Shown here: positions 28,701 to 37,313 of the stretch, one piece after another | How positions within the stretch are numbered: the first letter of the stretch is position 1 | How the letters are laid out: each line of letters begins with the position of its first letter | Assembly: GCA_038215525.1 (NCBI GenBank) | Contig: JBBQQS010000001.1 | Coordinates: forward strand, 1-43,250 | Source: Bryobacterales bacterium | GTDB lineage: Bacteria; Acidobacteriota; Terriglobia; Bryobacterales; Bryobacteraceae | Direction of reading: 5' to 3' | Length of the DNA: 43,250 nucleotides | Made by a program: the position numbers and the translations under genes | The notes under the pieces: model-generated | Told to the model about the DNA's origin: nothing | The model's database searches: none | The model's input: the letters and a program-made list of their open reading frames with translations, nothing else

Positions 28701-28931
28701 GCGCGCAATTCGGCTTACGGGCCGAGGTTCTTCAACACCGACTTCAACCTCTCGAAGGGCTTCAGGATTACCGAGCGGCAATCGGTGGACATTCGCTGGG
28801 AAGCGTTTAACCTTTTCAACACCGTCAACTTCCAAAACCCGCAGACCACGGTGGGGAATACCAACTTCGGTTGGATCACCGCGGCCCGCGATCCCCGCAT
28901 TATGCAACTGGCGATCCGGTACCGGTTCTAA
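25725..28931 (+). CDS. TonB-dependent outer-membrane receptor with an N-terminal carboxypeptidase-regulatory-like domain
   Basis: Signal peptide, then LRVLVEDASQASVVGAKVNLSN...DGYALFSPIVRGSYVVDVAQAGFKS (CarboxypepD_reg). Plug region and a 1068-aa beta-barrel ending in an aromatic residue (LAIRYRF). Confidence 0.88.
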   Translation: MKWLLLLGSVGSALFAQTDSASLRVLVEDASQASVVGAKVNLSNRNTGALISVTTSSDGYALFSPIVRGSYVVDVAQAGFKSVKLNDVQINIDERRLLRIKLEVSSIVETVEVSAAVASIQTEQGALGQVISGRTAVELPLAGRRYTELALLSPGVAASTLNPTTRGPGWFVANGNYHTQNNFLLDGIDNNQGTQNAQSLSAQVVQPNPDAIAEFKVQTNSFSAEFGRSAGAVINVSIKGGTNALHGTGYYFNRDSALAAAGWTNNNQNLPKSNLKWQQYGGTVGGPIQKDKLFYFGAYEGFRQNFADSFLVTVPTAAQKRGEFGALNIVDPATNTPFPNNIIPASRFDALGKKVLDLWPENNLPGNFQNGRPSNNYSALRDGTENTHKFDTRADYALNSKNQLMGRFSYLRQRFFRVQLFPGIADGEGNQGGQFNENRSLAVAWTSTISPRVVNTLRYGNNNTFAEFAHATVDGPKADTFGFRGFPAEMLQVGGLPLIAPTNYRQIGTRNFRPQYQTPKLNQIVDALSIQAGNHFLRTGFEMRLKDNTFVDVTRRSPAYSFQGRFTNDGIGDLLLGFPEAVQLNTVPAVQQLQQAFSGFLQDDWKVTRTLTLNLGLRYEYTTPFYGNGTNKNINFDPATGGLILSTDKDKYLTTPDRNNFGPRLGFAWQARPDRLVIRGGYGIFYNTEDIYGSEASLALNPPQLIQPTLLRVGTGPAPVRLSDPLPANVLSNFDSRNVGLRTRERDQRSGRIQQFNLAMQYRVNKASTFEVAYAGNRGTNLFGLYERNQTNFGVDGSVPANRPFPQWQGIQTGASRAKSWYNSLQTKFEHNFSGGLYALASFTWASAIDQAGTWDAGASPQFLDRFDLENGRMTQTPRLQYTTAVTYELPFGRGRKMGSSWNRATDAVLGGWRTAFIVSWRTGLPINVGLNANGIEPRTGQAYRFFGRNGGGLRPNRVGEANSGIDPKTDRFKFLDPAAYNIQAVNTPGNAARNSAYGPRFFNTDFNLSKGFRITERQSVDIRWEAFNLFNTVNFQNPQTTVGNTNFGWITAARDPRIMQLAIRYRF

Positions 28932-28959
28932 CGCTCGCGAGTAGTTTCGCAGCGCCGAA

Positions 28960-30312
28960 CTAAACGGCCAGATACTGAAAACCGCTGGCCTTGAGCCTTG
29001 CCGCATCGAGAAAGTGGCGGCCATCAAGGACCAGCGGGTTGCGCATCCGGCCGGCGAGCACCGCCCAATCGAGTTCGCGATATTCGGCCCAGTCGGTAAC
29101 TAACACCAGCGCATCGGCCTCTTCGGCGGTCTCTTCCGCGCTGGCACACCAAGTTACCGCCAAATCTCCGTAGAGTTTCTGGGCCAGCGGCACGGCCACC
29201 GGATCGTGCGCGCGGACCCGGGCTCCGCGTTCGATTAAGCGGCGTGCAATATCGAGTGCCGGGGCATCGCGTAAGTCGTCGGTGTTGGGCTTAAATGCCA
29301 AGCCCAACAGCCCGACGGTTTTTCCTTTGAGTAACTTCATCGCGCCGAGTAAACGCTCCACCACTAACTCGCGTTGGCGCGAATTGATCTTCCGCGCCGC
29401 CTGCACGATGGGCATTTCGAGCTGATACTCGGCCGCCGTCGAAATCAGCGCCGCGGTATCTTTGCCGAAGCAGGAACCACCCCAGCCGATGCCGGCTTGT
29501 AGGAATCGGGTGCCGATGCGCGCATCGAGCCCCATGCCCCTCGCCACTAACTGCACGTCGGCGCCCACTCGCTGCGCCAGTTGGCCCACTTCATTGATGT
29601 AAGAAATCTTGAGCGCGAGAAAGGCGTTGGCCGCGTACTTGATCAGTTCGGCGGAAGCGAGGTCGGCAGAGATCAGGGGCACAGCGCCGAAGCCATCGGG
29701 CCGGGCCAGAAAGGGCGGGGCGGCGAAGCTTTGGTCCAGCAGCGGACGGTAGAGCGAATAGAGGCGTTCGAGCGCCTGCTGTTGGTCAGCGCCGATCACC
29801 ACGCGATCCGGGAAAAGGCTATCGTGAATCGCCGAACCTTCGCGCAGAAACTCCGGGTTCGACGCGACGGCAAAGTTCTCCGGACGATGGCCATGATTTC
29901 CGCGACGGAACGCGTCGCGGACAATCGACTCTACCCAATTGCCGCTGCCGATCGGCACAGTGGACTTATTCACCACCACCGTATAGTTCGGCCCCAGGTT
30001 TTCGCCAATCGAGCTAGCCGCCGATTCCAAATACTCAAGATTCGGACTGCCATTCGGGCGCGAAGGCGTGCCCACCGCGATGAAGATCACTTCGGCTTCG
30101 GGAATCGCCTGCGCGTAGTCCGTCGTGTACTTCACCTTCACCAGCCGCATCATCTCTGACAAGTAAGGCTCGTGAAACGGCGCTGTGCCGGACTTCAGTG
30201 TTTCCACCCGCCCCGGATCCACGTCAATGCAAGTCACCTCGTGCCCGACAAAGGAAAGGCAGATACCCGTGGTTAAACCCACGTAGCCCGAACCAATGAT
30301 TGCCACCTTCAT
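28960..30312 (-). CDS. ugd: UDP-glucose 6-dehydrogenase
   Basis: MKVAIIGSGYVGLTTG Rossmann motif. Catalytic Cys motif GWGGSCFGKD. 450 aa. Confidence 0.92.
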   Translation of the reverse strand: MKVAIIGSGYVGLTTGICLSFVGHEVTCIDVDPGRVETLKSGTAPFHEPYLSEMMRLVKVKYTTDYAQAIPEAEVIFIAVGTPSRPNGSPNLEYLESAASSIGENLGPNYTVVVNKSTVPIGSGNWVESIVRDAFRRGNHGHRPENFAVASNPEFLREGSAIHDSLFPDRVVIGADQQQALERLYSLYRPLLDQSFAAPPFLARPDGFGAVPLISADLASAELIKYAANAFLALKISYINEVGQLAQRVGADVQLVARGMGLDARIGTRFLQAGIGWGGSCFGKDTAALISTAAEYQLEMPIVQAARKINSRQRELVVERLLGAMKLLKGKTVGLLGLAFKPNTDDLRDAPALDIARRLIERGARVRAHDPVAVPLAQKLYGDLAVTWCASAEETAEEADALVLVTDWAEYRELDWAVLAGRMRNPLVLDGRHFLDAARLKASGFQYLAV

Positions 30313-30487
30313 CTTCGATGCTGCCCTCCTGATTTAGTGTAGCTACATGGGGGGTGCCGAAAGTATTACTTTTGTACTAGAACCTTAGCTCTGCGATACT
30401 GGAGGATCTACGCGGGCAGCGTCCCAAACCAGTAGGTCCAATGGGCGGCATTCGTGGGGGCAAAAATCTGATAAAGTTGAACGCGAA

Positions 30488-31648
30488 ATGAACAATCAGC
30501 GTCTCATCCTGGCCGCCATAAGCGGCGTATTTACCTACGGTTGCGTGGCCGCCATGTTGGGCACCATCATGCCGACCTTCAAACTGAGCGAAGCCGAAAA
30601 CGGCACCATCGCCCTGATGCAGGCCATCGGCCTGATGGTGGCTTCCATCTCGGTGGGCCCCTTGGTGGATCGCTTCGGGAAGAAGCCCGCCCTGGTGGTG
30701 TCGCTGCTGATTATTTCCGGCGCCTTGTTTGCCTTGCCCAGCACGGGCGGCGAGTTTGGCGCGGTACGGATGGCGTTGTTCATGCTGGGCTTCGGCGGCG
30801 GCATTCTCGTCACGGCGGCCAACGCCCTGGCCAGCGACATCAACGTGGAGCAGCGCGCCTCCACCTTAAACTTTCTGAATCTCTTCTTCGGCGTCGGCAC
30901 CATGGCCACGCCACTGGTGAGCGCCAATATCCTGGGCAACAACGCGACCACGCTATGCTACGTGGTGGCTGTCGTCTCGGCCATTGCCCTGGCGATGAAC
31001 GGCACCACGGCCATCCCCGGCCCAAAGAAAGAGGGCGCGTTTTCCATGGCCGACGCCGGCACGATGCTGGGCCGGCCGGCCCTGTGGCTACTGGCGCTGA
31101 TGCTCTTCGTCTATGTGGCCTGCGAAGTGGGCATCTTCAATTGGGAAGTGAAGTATCTGATGACGCAAGGCGTCAGTCAAACCACGGCCACGAATATCCT
31201 CGGCTTTGGCTTCGCCGGCGCGCTCACCGTCGGCCGTCTGATGGTTTCGAAGATGCTGAAGGACACGCCGCCCCAACTGGTTACCCTCGGCGCCGCGGTC
31301 ATGATGGCCGTGACGACGTTCCTGATGCTGCAGACTTCGAACCCGGTGGTCACGATTGGCTGCCTGGTGCTGGCCGGCTTGGCGATGGCGCCCGTCTTCC
31401 CCACCACATTGGCGATGGTGGGTGACGCTTTCCCGCGTGGTACGGCGACAGCCATGGGCATCGTCATCACCGCTGGCTGGGCGGGCCTCGCGCTCAGCTC
31501 GCAGATCATCGGCAGCATCGCCTCCAGCTCCGGCTTGCGCGCCGCGCTGATGGTGTTGCCCGTCGCCGCCGTCCTGATGGCGCTGGCGAATCTGGCCCTG
31601 CGCGGCTCGATGGCCGCCACGAAGGCCAAGGCCGCCGCGGCGCGTTAA
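30488..31648 (+). CDS. MFS transporter
   Basis: 386 aa with about 12 TM helices. The loop motif VGPLVDRFGKKP between TM2 and TM3 is typical of the MFS. Confidence 0.85.
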   Translation: MNNQRLILAAISGVFTYGCVAAMLGTIMPTFKLSEAENGTIALMQAIGLMVASISVGPLVDRFGKKPALVVSLLIISGALFALPSTGGEFGAVRMALFMLGFGGGILVTAANALASDINVEQRASTLNFLNLFFGVGTMATPLVSANILGNNATTLCYVVAVVSAIALAMNGTTAIPGPKKEGAFSMADAGTMLGRPALWLLALMLFVYVACEVGIFNWEVKYLMTQGVSQTTATNILGFGFAGALTVGRLMVSKMLKDTPPQLVTLGAAVMMAVTTFLMLQTSNPVVTIGCLVLAGLAMAPVFPTTLAMVGDAFPRGTATAMGIVITAGWAGLALSSQIIGSIASSSGLRAALMVLPVAAVLMALANLALRGSMAATKAKAAAAR

Positions 31649-31857
31649 GTGGACTCACGCCGCAGCTTCGCGTCAAACCAAAACGGACCGAGGGGAATCA
31701 CCGCCGCCACCAGCGCCAGGATCAACAGCGTGGGCCGCCAATGGAACTTGCGCGCCGCCAGCAACGCCATCAGGATGTAGATGACGAAGAGTCCGCCGTG
31801 GAGGCTGCCCATGATGCGGACGGCCTCCGGCTTCCCGGCCAGGTACTTGAGCGGCAT
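31645..31857 (-). CDS. DUF3817 family membrane protein (start unresolved; similarity continues upstream to about 31962 without an in-frame ATG/GTG/TTG)
   Basis: MPLKYLAGKPEAVRIMGSLHGGLFVIYILMAL... is the DUF3817 core. The in-frame upstream sequence encodes YRRLRWAGLAEAISFLVLVGIA, the expected first TM helix. Confidence 0.7.
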   Translation of the reverse strand: MPLKYLAGKPEAVRIMGSLHGGLFVIYILMALLAARKFHWRPTLLILALVAAVIPLGPFWFDAKLRREST

Positions 31858-31974
31858 GGCAATGCCGACGAGAACCAGAAACGAAATGGCCTCGGCCAGG
31901 CCGGCCCAGCGGAGGCGTCGATAGGTAGGTGAATTTTCGAGTGCGATCTCTCGATTGTCCCATCAAAGCGCCGC

Positions 31975-32013
31975 ATCACAGCGCCCGATCACAGCGCCCG
32001 ATCACAGCGTACG
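31975..32013. repeat. 13-bp tandem repeat, 3 copies (ATCACAGCGCCCG x2 plus ATCACAGCGTACG), overlapping the esterase stop codon
   Basis: Direct reading of 31975-31987, 31988-32000 and 32001-32013. The third copy matches at 11 of 13 positions. Confidence 0.85.
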
Positions 32014-32823
32014 GCGCAGCCAATCGAGCATCGGCTGCTTATACGTGTGGAAGCGTATGTCCTTTTCCCAATTCATCACGCCATGCACACCGTCCTCGAC
32101 GGTGATCAACTCCACGGGAATGCCGCGCTTTTTAAAGAGCGCCACGTGCTGGGTGGCCTGGTCATAGGGAACGGAGGCATCCTTGGTGCCATGAATGATG
32201 AGAAATGCCGGCGTCTTTTTGTTGACGTAAGTATCGGGCGAAGCGACGCGCAGCTTGGCGTTCGACGCCTCGCTCAAATCCTCGATTTGGAAGAAACCCT
32301 TTATATTGCCGTCGACCGGTTTGCCCTCGAAGCGGCTCTTGGCAAAGCTCACCATGTCGATCGGCCCGTAGAAACAGACTACTGCCTTCACGCCCACGTC
32401 ATTCTTCGTGCCCACCAGATTCACCAAGTGCCCGCCCGCGGATTCGCCCATCAGCGCCAAGCGCTTCGGGTCCACCTTGTACTGCTTGGCGTTGTTCTTC
32501 ACCCAGCGCACCGCTGCTTCGACGTCGAGCTTGGCGGCCGGAAAGGGATGCTGGGGCGCCAGCCGGTAATCGATGGTGAACCAGGCCATGCCCGTTTGGT
32601 CCAACAGCGGGAACAAGGCATGCACAAAGTTCACGGTCTTATGGCCCGCGGTCCAGCCGCCGCCATGCACTAGGATCACGGCCGGAAAGGGTCCAGGCCC
32701 CTGGGGAATGTGGGCGTCGAGCTTGAGGCTTTCGCCGCCGGGGGCGGAGTAGACGAGGTCCGGCGTAACCTGATAATCAGCGGCGAGGGCGAGGCCGGCA
32801 AGGAAGAAGGAGAGGAGTCGCAT
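32002..32823 (-). CDS. Secreted alpha/beta hydrolase (esterase/lipase, HGGG type)
   Basis: Start taken at MRLLSFFLAGLALAADY (signal peptide). VILVHGGGW oxyanion-hole motif. GESAGG nucleophile elbow. The track's 337-aa ORF has an Arg/Pro-rich upstream extension that is probably not translated. Confidence 0.85.
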   Translation of the reverse strand: MRLLSFFLAGLALAADYQVTPDLVYSAPGGESLKLDAHIPQGPGPFPAVILVHGGGWTAGHKTVNFVHALFPLLDQTGMAWFTIDYRLAPQHPFPAAKLDVEAAVRWVKNNAKQYKVDPKRLALMGESAGGHLVNLVGTKNDVGVKAVVCFYGPIDMVSFAKSRFEGKPVDGNIKGFFQIEDLSEASNAKLRVASPDTYVNKKTPAFLIIHGTKDASVPYDQATQHVALFKKRGIPVELITVEDGVHGVMNWEKDIRFHTYKQPMLDWLRRTL

Positions 32824-32831
32824 AGGCGCGA

Positions 32832-35120
32832 TTATTGTATCGCTTCTTGGGGAACCGTCAACCGTTCCAGGCAGTCGAGCAGCTCCTGGCCGCGGATCGG
32901 CTTGGTGAGGTAATCGTTCATGCCGGCCTCGAGGCACCGCTCGCGGTCGCCCGAAAGCGCATGGGCGGTCAGCGCGACAATCGGCACATGCGCCAGTCCG
33001 CGTTTGGTCTGCCACTGCCGAATCTCCCGCGCCGCCGACAAACCATCGAGCACCGGCATTTGCACGTCCATCAAGATCAGGTCGAACGTGTCACGCTTGG
33101 CGAAGTAGACCGCCTCGCGCCCGTTGTTCGCCACCGTCACCTGATGGTGAAAGCGTTCGAGAAGCTTCGTGGCGACCTTCTGGTTGACCAGATTGTCCTC
33201 GGCCAGCAGCAGCTTCAATGGCCGCCCGGCAACCAACGGCGGCGAAGCCTTTGCCGACATCGCCCGGGCCGCGAAGCCGATGGCCGATTGCACGGCGCGG
33301 ATCAGCGCGCGCCGCGAAACGGGCTTCACCAAATAGCCCGCCACGCCCATCTCGCGGCTGCGCTGCGCTCGACCCGCCAAATCCACCGAGGTCACCATCA
33401 ACACCACCGATGAGTGCGCCAAGCCGTGCGCCTGCAACTGCGCGACAAACTCAAAGCCATCCATCCCCGGCATCTCCACGTCAGCGATGATCACCGGGAA
33501 GGCCTCTTGCTCCGGCAGTCCCTTCAGCAGTTCGAGCGCCGCCCATCCACTTTCCGCCAACGTGGCCACCAAGCCCGATTCCTCCAGGTGCGCCTGCATA
33601 ATGCGCCGGTTCACGGCACTATCGTCTACCACCAGGACGCGCATTCCCCGCAGTTCCGGAGCCGCCGCGCTCGCCGGGGCGGCCGCGTCGCGCAACTTCA
33701 GCGTCACCCGGAACGTACTACCGCGGCCATGCTCGCTCTCAAGACGAATGTCGCCTCCCATCATCTCCGAGAGGCTTTTGCAGATCGATAGGCCCAAACC
33801 CGTGCCGCCGTAATTGCGGGTGGTGGAGCCGTCGGCCTGGACAAAGGCCTGGAAGATCTTTTTCTGCTGCTCCTCGCTCACCCCAATACCGGTGTCGCGT
33901 ACTGTCAGTTCCACCAGTAATTCGTCGCCCCTCCGCTCGAGCAGCGCCAGTTGCACGTCGATTTCGCCGTCGTGGGTGAACTTAACCGCATTGCCCAACA
34001 GGTTGGTGAGAATCTGCCGCAGGCGCGTCGGATCGCCAATCACCAGATGCGGCAGCGAGGGCGCGCAGCACCAAACCAGCTCCAACCCTTTCTGATGCGC
34101 CGCCAGCGCGATCAACCGGTGCACGTCCTCCACCAGCGCCGGCAGGTCGAACTCCGTCGCTTCCATGATCAGCTTGCCCGCGTCGATCTTCGACAGGTCG
34201 AGAATGCCGTCCAGCAGGGCCAGCAGCGAATCGGCGGAGTTACGTACCGTGTTCAGATACTCGCGCTGCTCCGGGTTCAAATCGGTTTCGAGCGCCAGAC
34301 CCGTCATGCCAATGATGCCGTTCATCGGGGTGCGGATCTCGTGGCTCATGTTGGCGAGAAACTCGGCCTTCACCCGCGCGCCATCGTCGGCGTTTCTTCG
34401 CGCCACCTCCAGGTCATGGTTGATGTCCAGCAGACTCTGCGTTTGCGCCGATACCTGAGTCACCATCTCGTTGAAGGCGTCAGTGAGCACGCCGATCTCG
34501 TCGTCGGTGTATTTGGTGGCCCGCACCGTGTAATCGCGCTGGCTCAGCCGGTGCGCCGCTTCCGCCAAATGGAGCAAGGGCGCCGAGACGAACTGCTGCG
34601 AGCGCGCAGTAATGGCCAGCACCAGCAGTTGCACCGCCAGAATCAAGCACCCCAGCAAAAGCCCCAAGGTGATCAATCGGCCATCGAGCCCTTGCAGAAC
34701 GGCATCCAGCCGTAGTGTGCCGACCGTCTGGCCATGGGCTACAATCGGCCGCTCCACCCGAAGTTTCCTCCAGGAAGATAGCCAGAGAGAACTCGCCCGG
34801 TCCGCCGCGCGATAGGTGGCAAACTCGCGGCGTTCCCGGGTGAAGATCGAAGCGCTGCGCACGGCCGGGATAGCCCGCAAGGCCCGCAGGCATTCCTCCG
34901 CCCGGCCCCCGTCCTGAAACAACAAAGCGGCTTGGCTATTGGCCCCAACCACCTCGCCCAGGATCACCAACTCTGCCTGCTTGGCTTCGCGATAGGTCAC
35001 GAAGTCGATCACCAATACCCCGAACGACAGCAGCAAAAGGGCGCAGACACTGGTGGAGCTGATTAACAGCGCCAACTTGCGCGCGATCGGCTGCCGGCGA
35101 AACCAGCTCTCTAACGCCAT
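32832..35120 (-). CDS. Hybrid sensor histidine kinase with two receiver domains (N-terminal CHASE8-like sensor, HAMP, HisKA, HATPase_c, REC, REC)
   Basis: H-box [13 protein letters not shown]-box [10 protein letters not shown], and G-boxes DTGIGV and [12 protein letters not shown]1 [13 protein letters not shown]...[13 protein letters not shown]2 [13 protein letters not shown]...[11 protein letters not shown]. Confidence 0.9.
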   Translation of the reverse strand: MALESWFRRQPIARKLALLISSTSVCALLLLSFGVLVIDFVTYREAKQAELVILGEVVGANSQAALLFQDGGRAEECLRALRAIPAVRSASIFTRERREFATYRAADRASSLWLSSWRKLRVERPIVAHGQTVGTLRLDAVLQGLDGRLITLGLLLGCLILAVQLLVLAITARSQQFVSAPLLHLAEAAHRLSQRDYTVRATKYTDDEIGVLTDAFNEMVTQVSAQTQSLLDINHDLEVARRNADDGARVKAEFLANMSHEIRTPMNGIIGMTGLALETDLNPEQREYLNTVRNSADSLLALLDGILDLSKIDAGKLIMEATEFDLPALVEDVHRLIALAAHQKGLELVWCCAPSLPHLVIGDPTRLRQILTNLLGNAVKFTHDGEIDVQLALLERRGDELLVELTVRDTGIGVSEEQQKKIFQAFVQADGSTTRNYGGTGLGLSICKSLSEMMGGDIRLESEHGRGSTFRVTLKLRDAAAPASAAAPELRGMRVLVVDDSAVNRRIMQAHLEESGLVATLAESGWAALELLKGLPEQEAFPVIIADVEMPGMDGFEFVAQLQAHGLAHSSVVLMVTSVDLAGRAQRSREMGVAGYLVKPVSRRALIRAVQSAIGFAARAMSAKASPPLVAGRPLKLLLAEDNLVNQKVATKLLERFHHQVTVANNGREAVYFAKRDTFDLILMDVQMPVLDGLSAAREIRQWQTKRGLAHVPIVALTAHALSGDRERCLEAGMNDYLTKPIRGQELLDCLERLTVPQEAIQ

Positions 35121-35203
35121 GCGGCGCTCCTCGCGAACTTGATACGGCCGGCGTCCTGATGAATACGCTTCACCTGAGGCTTATCGGCAAATTCGACCTA
35201 ATC

Positions 35204-36403
35204 TTAGTTTCGCCAGGCTTTCTGGTACAGCTCCACAATCTCCTCGGCCGCGGGCACCCGCGGATTATTCCCTGGGCTACCCGAAGCCAGTGCATCGCCG
35301 GCCATTTTCTCCAGGTGCGGCCGGAACGCGCCGTGATCCTGCTTCAGGCACTCGGCCAAGGTCGGCACGGCGAGGTCCTGGTTCAGTTGCTCAAGGCCAG
35401 CCACCAGCGCCTCGCCCGCCGCTTCGTCGGAATCATCAGTCCCGGCCAGCTTCATCATCCGGGCGACATCCGCATAGCGCGCCGGCGCCCCGGAGAGCGA
35501 ATACCGCGTCACCGTCGGCAGCAGCACCGCGTTCGAAAGCCCGTGCGGAATGTGAAACAGCGCTCCCAACGGCCGGCTCATTCCGTGCACCAAACATAGG
35601 CCGCTATTGGTGAATGCCATGCCGCCATGCAACGCCGCAATCGCCATCCCCTCGCGCGCCGGGCGGTTCCCCGGCTCGCTCCACGCGCTGCGCAGATGCC
35701 GCGCGGTGAGCTCAATGCAGGATTGCGCCAAAGGGTCGGTGAGCGCGTTGGCCTTGCGCGACACATAGGCTTCGAGGCCAGGCGTCAAAGTATCGACGCC
35801 CACATGCGCCGTGAGCGCCGGAGGCATCGAGAGGCTGAGTTCGTAGTCGACAATCGCGATGCGCGGCATCAGCTTCGCGTCCAGCATCATCATCTTCACC
35901 TGCCGCCCGGTATCGGTGATCACGGCGGCCTTGGTGGCCTCGCTACCGGTACCGGCGGTGGTCGGCAAAACGATCACCGGCGGCCCAACCTTTTCCACTT
36001 GGTGATAGCCCTGAAACTGCGAGAGCGGCCCGGGATTGGTGAGCGAGACGGCGATCACTTTGGCCGCGTCAATCGGGCTGCCGCCGCCAATGGCGATCAG
36101 TCCCTCGGCATTCGCCTGTCGATAGGCCGCCACACCGGCGGCAACGTTCGCGTCGGTGGGGTCCGGCTGCACGGCGTCAAAGACCGCCGCCGCGATCCCG
36201 GCCGCCGCCAGCGCATCGACGAAGGGCTGGATGACGCCGCTCCGCACCAGGAACTCATCGGTGACGATCAACACTTGGCGCAGCCCCAAGACGGCCGCGC
36301 AGCCTGGCAATTCGGCCCGGCATCCGGCACCGGTGTGGATGGCATGGGGGGCATGAAATAGGTGGTTCATAATCTTGGATGATGCGCTAAAAATCTGCGT
36401 CAC
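35204..36403 (-). CDS. Iron-containing (group III) alcohol dehydrogenase
   Basis: GGGSPIDAAK motif, conserved metal-binding His-containing blocks, about 390 aa. The start is either GTG at 36403 or ATG at 36370 (MNHLFHAP...). Confidence 0.85.
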   Translation of the reverse strand: MTQIFSASSKIMNHLFHAPHAIHTGAGCRAELPGCAAVLGLRQVLIVTDEFLVRSGVIQPFVDALAAAGIAAAVFDAVQPDPTDANVAAGVAAYRQANAEGLIAIGGGSPIDAAKVIAVSLTNPGPLSQFQGYHQVEKVGPPVIVLPTTAGTGSEATKAAVITDTGRQVKMMMLDAKLMPRIAIVDYELSLSMPPALTAHVGVDTLTPGLEAYVSRKANALTDPLAQSCIELTARHLRSAWSEPGNRPAREGMAIAALHGGMAFTNSGLCLVHGMSRPLGALFHIPHGLSNAVLLPTVTRYSLSGAPARYADVARMMKLAGTDDSDEAAGEALVAGLEQLNQDLAVPTLAECLKQDHGAFRPHLEKMAGDALASGSPGNNPRVPAAEEIVELYQKAWRN

Positions 36404-36460
36404 GCAGTCTAGAAGGAATGGGCGCTTTGGACCCTGGAGCGAGCACCAGGATAGCGCAGT

Positions 36461-37276
36461 TCATTCTACGGACACGGCCCCCACGCCTGCGTCCCATCCT
36501 GGCCGCGCGATGCCCCGCTGGCTTCCTCGAATAAACGCCGCCACTTCTCCGCCTAAGGGCATCGTCGACAATCGCTCCACCGCTTCATCCCGCGTCAAGC
36601 CGCTCTGATACAGCAGCGAATACGCCAGCTTCAGTTCCCGCAGCTGCTCCTTCGTAAATCCCGCGCGACGCAAACCCACGGCATTCAGGCCCGTCGGCCG
36701 GGCATCGAAGCCCGCGTATAAGAAGAAGGGTGGCAGGTCCAGATTCACGCGGCTATTGCCCCCCACCATCACATTCCGCCCGATCCGCGAATGCTGATGC
36801 ACCACTACGCCGCCCGACAGAAACGCCTGATCGCCCACGTGGACGTAGCCCGCCACCAGCGTATTGCTCGCGATCACCACCCCATCGCCAATCACACAAT
36901 CATGCGCGATATGCCCAGAGCCCATGATGTAGTTGTCATCGCCCACCCACGTCGTCGACCCCGGCTTCGTCCCCCGCGATATCGTCCAGTGCTCGCGAAT
37001 CCGGTTGCGATTCCCGATCTGGAGGTAACTCGGCTCGCCGGTAAAGACCTTGTCGAAAGGATCGGTGCCGAACACCGCCCCGGCCGAAATCTCGTTCTCG
37101 TCGCCCATCGTCGTGAAACGCTTCACGAAGACGTAAGGCTCCATTCGATTCGCGCGCCCCAACCGCACGTCGCTCTCGATCACACAGTACTCGCCGATCA
37201 CGCACTGGGGCCCGATCACCGCGTCAGGGTGGATGCGCGCCGTGGACGCCACTTGCGCCGAAGGATCGATGGCCAT
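36461..37276 (-). CDS. lpxA: Acyl-ACP--UDP-N-acetylglucosamine O-acyltransferase
   Basis: Start taken at MAIDPSAQVASTARIHPDAVIGPQCVIGEYCVIESDVRLG. Left-handed beta-helix hexapeptide repeats, and the LpxA C-terminal helical domain (NAVGLRRAGFTKEQLRELKLAYSLLY). Confidence 0.88.
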   Translation of the reverse strand: MAIDPSAQVASTARIHPDAVIGPQCVIGEYCVIESDVRLGRANRMEPYVFVKRFTTMGDENEISAGAVFGTDPFDKVFTGEPSYLQIGNRNRIREHWTISRGTKPGSTTWVGDDNYIMGSGHIAHDCVIGDGVVIASNTLVAGYVHVGDQAFLSGGVVVHQHSRIGRNVMVGGNSRVNLDLPPFFLYAGFDARPTGLNAVGLRRAGFTKEQLRELKLAYSLLYQSGLTRDEAVERLSTMPLGGEVAAFIRGSQRGIARPGWDAGVGAVSVE

Positions 37277-37277
37277 T

Positions 37278-37307
37278 CCCTCTATGATAGAGCCCTCTAT
37301 GATGAAG
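37278..37307. repeat. 2 x 15-bp tandem direct repeat (CCCTCTATGATAGAG / CCCTCTATGATGAAG) filling the lpxA-lpxD divergent spacer
   Basis: Read directly, with 13 of 15 positions identical. Each copy carries TATGAT, a -10-like hexamer on the + strand. Confidence 0.8.
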
Positions 37308-37313
37308 AGACAC

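Noticed and set aside
27501-29027. 508-aa minus-strand ORF overlapping the TonB-dependent receptor and the ugd 3' end
   Set aside because: It is an antisense shadow ORF with Arg/Ala/Gly/Pro-rich low complexity. The receptor frame has a signal peptide, a CarboxypepD_reg domain and a terminal aromatic residue.
36395-36407. Hairpin CTGCG-TCA-CGCAG followed on the minus strand by ATTTTT, considered as an lpxA terminator that would favour the shorter adh start at 36370
   Set aside because: The stem is only 5 bp with a 3-nt loop, which is too weak to call a terminator. I note it only as a weak argument for the ATG 36370 start.
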